From NCBI GenBank assembly GCA_012838685.1, contig DUOU01000136.1, positions 1-39,240 on the forward strand: DNA of 39,240 nt, written 5' to 3'. Positions 7,850 through 13,992 of the stretch are shown piece after piece. The stretch comes from Bacteroidota bacterium. GTDB taxonomy: Bacteria; Bacteroidota; Bacteroidia; Bacteroidales; VadinHA17. Under the pieces are notes generated by a model, which saw only the letters and a list, made by a program, of their open reading frames with translations, did no database searches and was not told the DNA's origin. Each line of letters opens with the position of its first letter. Position 1 is the stretch's first letter. The translations under genes and the position numbers were made by a program.

Positions 7850-10113
7850 AAATTATGGACCTAACGCTCGATTACGTCTATTTTTGTGCCATTATGTGTT
7901 TATACATGTGGGATACTAAGTTTCTTCCTTCCCCCTTGTATTTGGGGAAGCTAAGAAACAGAACAAGGTATTTTTCAAGACTGAAGTGCCTAAGACAAAG
8001 ATTCCTAATAAGAACCTCCTTAATAATTATTCCTTTTCTTTTATTCGGTTGTACAATACAATCGGATACTGAATTCCATATTGAACTACCAGAAATCACA
8101 TTACCTTTTGAGCTTGATGAAATTATTGAAGTTAAAGATTGGATAGCATTGGGCCCTTTTTCCTTTAACACACGAAAACAGGCTCCACAGAATACGTTTC
8201 TTAACGAAGATCTTGTTAAATACAAAATAGATGAGGATAATTTCCTATATGACGATATTAGTAAGATAAACAGAAAGGATTTGGCTCCTTTCATGATTAG
8301 CCAAACAAACGGCTTTATCAAGTTGTTTGATTATGCGGGAGAGATGATTGAAGATAAGAGTAATTTTTATTTATGTAGCTCTATTTTTAGTCCTATTGAA
8401 AGAGAAGTTACCTTAATTGTCGATGGTTCGAATAGTTACAAATTATGGTTTAATCAACAGACTATTTTGAATGTTACGAGGAAACATAATACAAACAAAG
8501 TTGGGGATCGCTTTGTGAATGTCAAATTAAAAAAAGGTTCAAACCTTTTGTTCGTAAAAGTTAACAGGGGAAGCAATGTGAAATCGTGGGGATTTGTTTT
8601 GGGAATATCTTCCGTTTCGAAAGCTAAAGAAGTATACATAAACAATTATTTTAGCGATTTTATTCAGAATCCGATAATAACGGATTCGATCCAAATCTAT
8701 ACTGGGCCATATTCAGATTGCGAAATTCAAATAATGGACGAAGGAAATAATCTTATTATTAAAGATACTGTTACACCCTATAATATTAATGTTGCCGATG
8801 CTAATTTTACGGTTTCAGGATTAAGTACCCTTGAAAATGGTTTTTACAATTGCAGGCTTTACTTCGCAGAAGATTCGATTGAGGAGTTTTTTTATAAAGG
8901 GAACTATATAGATTTAATAGAGAAAATAGATACTGATATAAGGGATCTAGAAATAAGCGAGAAAGAGAAAAATGATCTTCAGGCAGGTTTACAGAGAGTC
9001 TCTTTTTTATCCAACGAGGAAGTCAGTGATTTTTCATCGAGTGAGATACGAATTTTGAACAAAAACCGTGTTTATTGGGCCAAGGCCATAAAAGAATCAG
9101 TTTCCTATGCCGAGACGACTAAAAGCTTAAGAGGAATTGCCGGAACCTCCTTGAGAACCTATACTTCAAACAAAAGTGACCGAATTTATCACTTTGTTTT
9201 TCACGTGGGTAATAATGTATTATTAAAACCAAAGATTCCTTTGATTATAGCTGTTCCTTATGCATTAGAGGGAGAGTCTATGACAGAAGACTGGTATTTA
9301 AGCAATCTTGACCAGATTGAAATAGATAATAAAATGGCGGATGATCACGGATTCGCCATCGTCTGGGTTTATATGGGAGGGAAAAGTTACACTCCTCAGA
9401 TCGGAAGAGAAGATGTTATAAGTGTTATCGAAAGGATTCGAGAAAGTTATGATATAGATACCACTCAAATATATGTACTGGGAGATTGTGAGGGAGGAAG
9501 AAGGGCATTGTTATTGGTTGAGAGGAATCCTGATCTTTTTAGTGGCATTGCTGTAACCTCACCAATAACTTCTTTTGATTACTGGAATGAGGCTCCAATC
9601 AACTATGTTGAAAATTTATATAATGTGCCCATAGTTATTGAACATGGGGAAAACGATGAGGTATCGACGGTCGAAAATTCAAGACAATTTGTGGCCGATG
9701 CGTTAAATTCGGGCTATTCCCCGAAATATATAGAGACTAAAAATAGTCATTTAACTTTTTCTAAGGATTATAGAAGATACGCTTTCATTTTTTTCGATAG
9801 TATTAATAATGTCAAAAAAAATGATCCCCCAGAAATAATTAAATACAGCACTTTGGAAGCTGGTTCCCTTTCTGTCTATTGGATTGAAATAAACAAAATA
9901 GATTCTTTTTCTAGAGCCACAATAATTGCCAAATATAATTCAAATAGTAATGTTTTTAATATTGATTACCAGAACTTAGACTCTTACAAAATTTTGTCGG
10001 ACAAGCTCAAACTAACCAAAGATACATATGTAACAGTATGTACAAACGATACGCTTATATTCAAAGGAAATCTTGAAGAAACGAAAGTATTCTCACATAT
10101 CCGGAACAATTGA
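7846..10113 (+). CDS. Putative lipoprotein with a jelly-roll-like middle region and a C-terminal alpha/beta-hydrolase (dienelactone-hydrolase-like) domain
   Basis: It has an IIIPFLLFGC lipobox-like signal. The C-terminus carries YVLGDCEGG (nucleophile elbow with Cys), EHGENDEVS and NSH. Its ATGA start overlaps the stop of the GT2 gene. The true start is uncertain because a long N-terminal extension precedes the signal. Confidence 0.6.
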   Translation: MKIMDLTLDYVYFCAIMCLYMWDTKFLPSPLYLGKLRNRTRYFSRLKCLRQRFLIRTSLIIIPFLLFGCTIQSDTEFHIELPEITLPFELDEIIEVKDWIALGPFSFNTRKQAPQNTFLNEDLVKYKIDEDNFLYDDISKINRKDLAPFMISQTNGFIKLFDYAGEMIEDKSNFYLCSSIFSPIEREVTLIVDGSNSYKLWFNQQTILNVTRKHNTNKVGDRFVNVKLKKGSNLLFVKVNRGSNVKSWGFVLGISSVSKAKEVYINNYFSDFIQNPIITDSIQIYTGPYSDCEIQIMDEGNNLIIKDTVTPYNINVADANFTVSGLSTLENGFYNCRLYFAEDSIEEFFYKGNYIDLIEKIDTDIRDLEISEKEKNDLQAGLQRVSFLSNEEVSDFSSSEIRILNKNRVYWAKAIKESVSYAETTKSLRGIAGTSLRTYTSNKSDRIYHFVFHVGNNVLLKPKIPLIIAVPYALEGESMTEDWYLSNLDQIEIDNKMADDHGFAIVWVYMGGKSYTPQIGREDVISVIERIRESYDIDTTQIYVLGDCEGGRRALLLVERNPDLFSGIAVTSPITSFDYWNEAPINYVENLYNVPIVIEHGENDEVSTVENSRQFVADALNSGYSPKYIETKNSHLTFSKDYRRYAFIFFDSINNVKKNDPPEIIKYSTLEAGSLSVYWIEINKIDSFSRATIIAKYNSNSNVFNIDYQNLDSYKILSDKLKLTKDTYVTVCTNDTLIFKGNLEETKVFSHIRNN

Positions 10114-11168
10114 TGAAACAAATTTATCTGATTTTTCTTATTTTATTTTTATCCGTTAAAGGTACTCTTTTTTCTCAACCAGTAACAGAGCATGGACAAT
10201 TATGGGTTGACGGATCTAAATTAAAAGACGCAAAAGGCAAAGTTGTGGTGCTTAGGGGGATGAGTTTTGGGTGGCATAACTGGTATTACAGATTTTATAA
10301 TCCTAATGCGGTGAAGTGGTTGTATCAAGATTGGGGATGCTCAGTCTTAAGATTGGCAATAGGGGCAGAGCCTGAAGACGGGTATATTGATAATCCTGAA
10401 TGGACAAAAGAGACTCTGGCATCTGTTGTTGAAGCCGCAATTAAAGAGGGAATATATGTGATAATAGACTGGCATTGTCATAATATTGAATTGGACGGAG
10501 CAAAAGGTTTTTTTACTGAAATGGCGGAACTTTATGGAGAGTATCCAAATGTCATTTATGAAATTATTAATGAACCAGATAACGAACAATGGAGCGATAT
10601 TAAAGCTTATGCCGTTGAAATAATATCAGAAATAAGGAAAATCGATCCTGACAACATTATATTAGTAGGTACACCTACGTGGTCACAAGATGTTGACGTT
10701 GTAGCGGATGATCCTATATTGGGATTTAACAACATAATGTATTCCTTGCATTTCTATGCCGCCTCACATACCCAGAAAATCAGGGACAAGGCCGTTTATG
10801 CTATAGATAAAAGACTTCCTGTTTTTGTTTCAGAATGCTCGTTGTCAAGAGCCGATGGGGATGGGATCTTGGACATAGCTCAATTTAAGAGATGGATAAA
10901 ACTGTTGGGAAAAAATCAAATTAGTTGGGTTTTATGGTCAGTTTCAGATAAAGATGAAGCTTCCGCCGTCTTAAAACCGAGTGCGAATTCAAATGGAACA
11001 TGGGTAAAAGAAGATTTGAGCGATTCGGGGTTATTGGCCAGAACATTACTTAGAAAACACAGCTTACATAGGCATAAAGTTGATATACTCGTTAGCTGCG
11101 CTCTAATTCTTTTACTTTTGACTATATATGTTATGTGTTGTATTATTATTCATAGGAAAAGATTGTAA
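10113..11168 (+). CDS. Glycoside hydrolase family 5 endo-beta-1,4-glucanase (cellulase) with a C-terminal TM anchor
   Basis: Motifs seen are LRGMSFGWHNWY, IIDWHCH, IYEIINEPD (acid/base Glu), HFYAASH and VFVSECS (nucleophile Glu). It has a signal peptide and a hydrophobic tail ILVSCALILLLLTIYVMCCIIIHRKRL. ATG 10113 overlaps the upstream TGA. Confidence 0.85.
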   Translation: MKQIYLIFLILFLSVKGTLFSQPVTEHGQLWVDGSKLKDAKGKVVVLRGMSFGWHNWYYRFYNPNAVKWLYQDWGCSVLRLAIGAEPEDGYIDNPEWTKETLASVVEAAIKEGIYVIIDWHCHNIELDGAKGFFTEMAELYGEYPNVIYEIINEPDNEQWSDIKAYAVEIISEIRKIDPDNIILVGTPTWSQDVDVVADDPILGFNNIMYSLHFYAASHTQKIRDKAVYAIDKRLPVFVSECSLSRADGDGILDIAQFKRWIKLLGKNQISWVLWSVSDKDEASAVLKPSANSNGTWVKEDLSDSGLLARTLLRKHSLHRHKVDILVSCALILLLLTIYVMCCIIIHRKRL

Positions 11169-11321
11169 AATGATCAAGGGGCAATGAAGAAAATTTTTGA
11201 TTCTATTTAAAAGAGAATTTATTATTGAACACTTACCACCTTGGCAAGGTGATGGAGACAAATTAAAACGGTTTTTGCACCAAAATTTTCACAAACAACT
11301 ATTCCTTAATAAAAAAAAGAA

Positions 11322-11720
11322 ATGAGCAAGATGATTTTTTTGGATACTTCGGGGAAAATGCTTCATTATAATTCTAACAAAGCACCCGTTTCAATACGAA
11401 TAGAAGACGTTCTTTTCATTAAAGGGGACGGAAGTTATGTTGAGATTTATGTCGAGGAGAAAACAAAAACCATCTTGGTTCCCTGCCTTTTGCGTTACAT
11501 GGAGGAATTATTGAAAGATAATGATTTTATAAGGTGCCACAACTCATGGTTAGTTAACCTAAATAAAATTGATGCATTTTGTAAAAATGAAATGATGTTG
11601 ATAGTGTCACAATACGTAATTCCTATTTCAAGAAGGGGATGGAAAAACACGAAATGGATATTAGCCGACAGTGGTATTGAGTTTGTTAAAGAAATAAAAT
11701 CCGGTTTAACCAATCTTTGA
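11322..11720 (+). CDS. Stand-alone LytTR-domain DNA-binding protein (no receiver domain)
   Basis: VSIRIEDVLFIKGDGSYVEIYVEEK......LLRYMEELLKDNDFIRCHNSWLVNLNKI......IPISRR fits the LytTR pattern (I.y.e..g.Y..i........l..le..L....F.R.HrS.iVNl..I). It is only 132 aa. Confidence 0.8.
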   Translation: MSKMIFLDTSGKMLHYNSNKAPVSIRIEDVLFIKGDGSYVEIYVEEKTKTILVPCLLRYMEELLKDNDFIRCHNSWLVNLNKIDAFCKNEMMLIVSQYVIPISRRGWKNTKWILADSGIEFVKEIKSGLTNL

Positions 11721-11745
11721 TAAGTCTAAATCTAAAAATGTCGAT

Positions 11746-11825
11746 CACAAAATAAAACGACAGGGCACAAAATAAAACGACAGGATACAAAACAAAAAGA
11801 CCAACTACAAAAAAGATTCAAGAAT
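11746..11825 (+). repeat. Four phased 20-nt direct repeats, starting 26 nt after the LytTR stop codon
   Basis: The units are cacaaaataaaacgacaggg / cacaaaataaaacgacagga / tacaaaacaaaaagaccaac / tacaaaaaagattcaagaat. The first two are 19/20 identical. The array is homologous to 355-454. Confidence 0.75.
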
Positions 11826-11998
11826 AGCTTCTTGGCAAGGAGCAAAATATTTCTGAAATTTGTCTTGAAGATAAACATGGAGGGTGCCCCTAATGACCTT
11901 TAAAAGTTCTGTTTTAGATCGGTTTGTTGTCGAGAAACCCCGAGGGTAAAAAATCGAACAATATATTCTTGCTTCGTTGGCCAATACTTTTAAAAAAG

Positions 11999-12207
11999 AT
12001 GAAAAAAACGATCTAAGTTTTAGAAATTGTTCTTTGCGCCGTTGAGTTGTTTTTAATCTATCGATAAACGGTAAAAGTAGTGCGGGCGACATGAGTTTAT
12101 CTACATTGCCGAACAAGGTTGACACTGAATGTGAAGAAGATGACCTGACGATAATGAACGATAGGGAATGCTATGAATTATCAGGTAAATTATTTTTGGA
12201 ATCCTAA
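11999..12207 (+). pseudogene. Disrupted paralogue of the 631-876 peptide gene
   Basis: It has the same ccaatacttttaaaaa..ATGAAAAAA start context. Codon 6 is TAA where the intact copy has AAA. The homologous ...LSINGK... segment continues in another frame and reads to TAA at 12205-12207, so there is also a frameshift. A residual ATG ORF at 12091-12207 would give 38 aa. Confidence 0.6.
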
Positions 12208-12304
12208 TCATTCATAATGTAACCTGACCTTATTTTAATGATTGAAAATTTAGTCGGAGGTGTGAAATATTTCCATTCCTAATTTTTTATTTTATCAGAT
12301 TTCT

Positions 12305-13486
12305 ATGTTTTTAAAACTATCCAATATATTTTTAGTGATACTATTGTTCACAGCATGTACGAGCATTGTCAAGGTAGAAAACGAAATGTCAGGCAATTTG
12401 GAAGCTTCTATGGGATTAGTTGAGATAGGAGAAAGAGCCTTTTTATTAGATGACAGTACAGCCCCAAAACCGATATACACACAAATGTTTAAAAACTATA
12501 ACGGGGCTAAATATCTTACGTTTCTGAATAAATTTAACAACTCGATCTATTTTTATGATTATGACTCTCTCCAATTTGTAAAAAAGATCGTTTGGCCCAA
12601 GAACGGTCCCAAAGGGATCGGCGCCGCTACGGGCTATCATGTCAAATCTTTGGATTCTATCTATATTTACAATAAAAGCAACATTGAAATTGTCCTTTCA
12701 AATGAAAAAAGCATGGTTCTGGACAGAATTACTCTTTGTGGCAACAGAAAAGATATTAACTGGTTATTTAGATACCCACAATATGATCCCCGAACTGTCA
12801 AACCTTTTATAGAGACCGCTCACGAGCTTTTGCTGACTGGTTTTTATTTTGGATCAATACCTGAATCTATCGTTTCGGATTTCAAATTTACCGCCCGTCT
12901 TGATTTTAAAACGAACGGTGTAGCTTTTAGTCATACATATCCACTCTCGTTGTACGGTTTTGGTTATAACTGGGAAGGGGATCTGTTTACTGAAGTTTAT
13001 AGCGATCTTCATCCAGATGGCGACAAGTTGATACTAAGTTTTCCCGTTTCTCATGATTTGTACATAGCAGACTTGAAAACTGGGGAATACCAAAAGACTT
13101 ATGCAGGAAGTAATTTTGCCAGCACAATCTCATCAATCAATAAAAAGCTAAAGCGCAGTTCAAAAAATGATTTGTTATTGAATATCGTTGTTCAAGATGA
13201 ATATACGGCCATCAAGTACGATAAATACCGAAATGTTTATTACAGGTTTTTATTGAAGTCAATTCCAGTAAACATAAAAAGTGTAGATTGGAAAGAAAAG
13301 CCAATAGCAGTTATTATTTTTGATGAAAATTTCAACTATTTAGGTGAAACCGTCATCGGTACTGGAGAAAACTGGTATTGGCAAAATTCTTTCGTTACCG
13401 AAGAAGGGCTGAACATTGAATATATCGACAATGATCTTGAGGAAAAATACCTCAGATTCAGAATATTTGTGGTTCAAAATCTATAA
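12305..13486 (+). CDS. DUF4221-like lipoprotein (predicted beta-propeller family linked to NVEALA loci)
   Basis: It has the lipobox LLFTAC. The block YLTFLNKFNNSIYFYDYDSLQFVKKIVWPKNGPKGIG matches my recollection of DUF4221. It is 393 aa. Confidence 0.55.
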   Translation: MFLKLSNIFLVILLFTACTSIVKVENEMSGNLEASMGLVEIGERAFLLDDSTAPKPIYTQMFKNYNGAKYLTFLNKFNNSIYFYDYDSLQFVKKIVWPKNGPKGIGAATGYHVKSLDSIYIYNKSNIEIVLSNEKSMVLDRITLCGNRKDINWLFRYPQYDPRTVKPFIETAHELLLTGFYFGSIPESIVSDFKFTARLDFKTNGVAFSHTYPLSLYGFGYNWEGDLFTEVYSDLHPDGDKLILSFPVSHDLYIADLKTGEYQKTYAGSNFASTISSINKKLKRSSKNDLLLNIVVQDEYTAIKYDKYRNVYYRFLLKSIPVNIKSVDWKEKPIAVIIFDENFNYLGETVIGTGENWYWQNSFVTEEGLNIEYIDNDLEEKYLRFRIFVVQNL

Positions 13487-13496
13487 AATCAACTTC

Positions 13497-13961
13497 ATGA
13501 AATATTTTAATATATTTTTTATTATTGTAATACTGTTAATTACAGGATCATGTCAAAAAAAAGCGCATAAAATTGAGAAGAACAACATAATCAAGGCGAT
13601 GGAACAAATGGATGTGGGAGACAACGTGAGTTGGATCGTTATATTGCCTGGTTTAGGCTGCACTGGCTGTATCCAGGAAGCCGAGGTCTTCATGAAAGAT
13701 CATATTAACAACGAGGAGATACTGTTCGTTTTAACAAAAATTTCTTCCCTGAAAATTTTGCAACAAAAAATGGGGATTCAGATAAAAGATTATCAAAATG
13801 TAATTATAGATGCGGGAAATGAATTCGACGTTCGGACCGAAAACAACATATACCCCTGCATTGTCCAATTAAAAACCGGCAAAATTGTGAGACATGAATT
13901 TCAATCTCCACAAAACTCAAATGCTTTTGGAAGACTTAAAGGTATGACATCAGGACAATAG
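13497..13961 (+). CDS. Small lipoprotein with a CxxC motif (possible thioredoxin-fold thiol-disulfide oxidoreductase)
   Basis: I take the start at M28 of the listed ORF (MKYFNIFFIIVILLITGSC, a lipobox). WIVILPGLGCTGCIQEAEVF places a CxxC after a beta-strand, as in thioredoxin-like proteins. Confidence 0.5.
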   Translation: MKYFNIFFIIVILLITGSCQKKAHKIEKNNIIKAMEQMDVGDNVSWIVILPGLGCTGCIQEAEVFMKDHINNEEILFVLTKISSLKILQQKMGIQIKDYQNVIIDAGNEFDVRTENNIYPCIVQLKTGKIVRHEFQSPQNSNAFGRLKGMTSGQ

Positions 13962-13992
13962 TGTAGGATGTTCAAAAGAAGAACAGAATACC

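Noticed and set aside
4096-8645. Small minus-strand ORFs (61-147 aa) inside the EPS operon genes
   Set aside because: They are nested antisense in well-supported plus-strand genes. Long ORFs of this kind can arise by chance inside coding DNA.
11805-12125. A 106-aa minus-strand ORF
   Set aside because: It lies antisense across the conserved peptide-gene leader and the disrupted peptide paralogue. Its homology to 455-760 is in the plus orientation.
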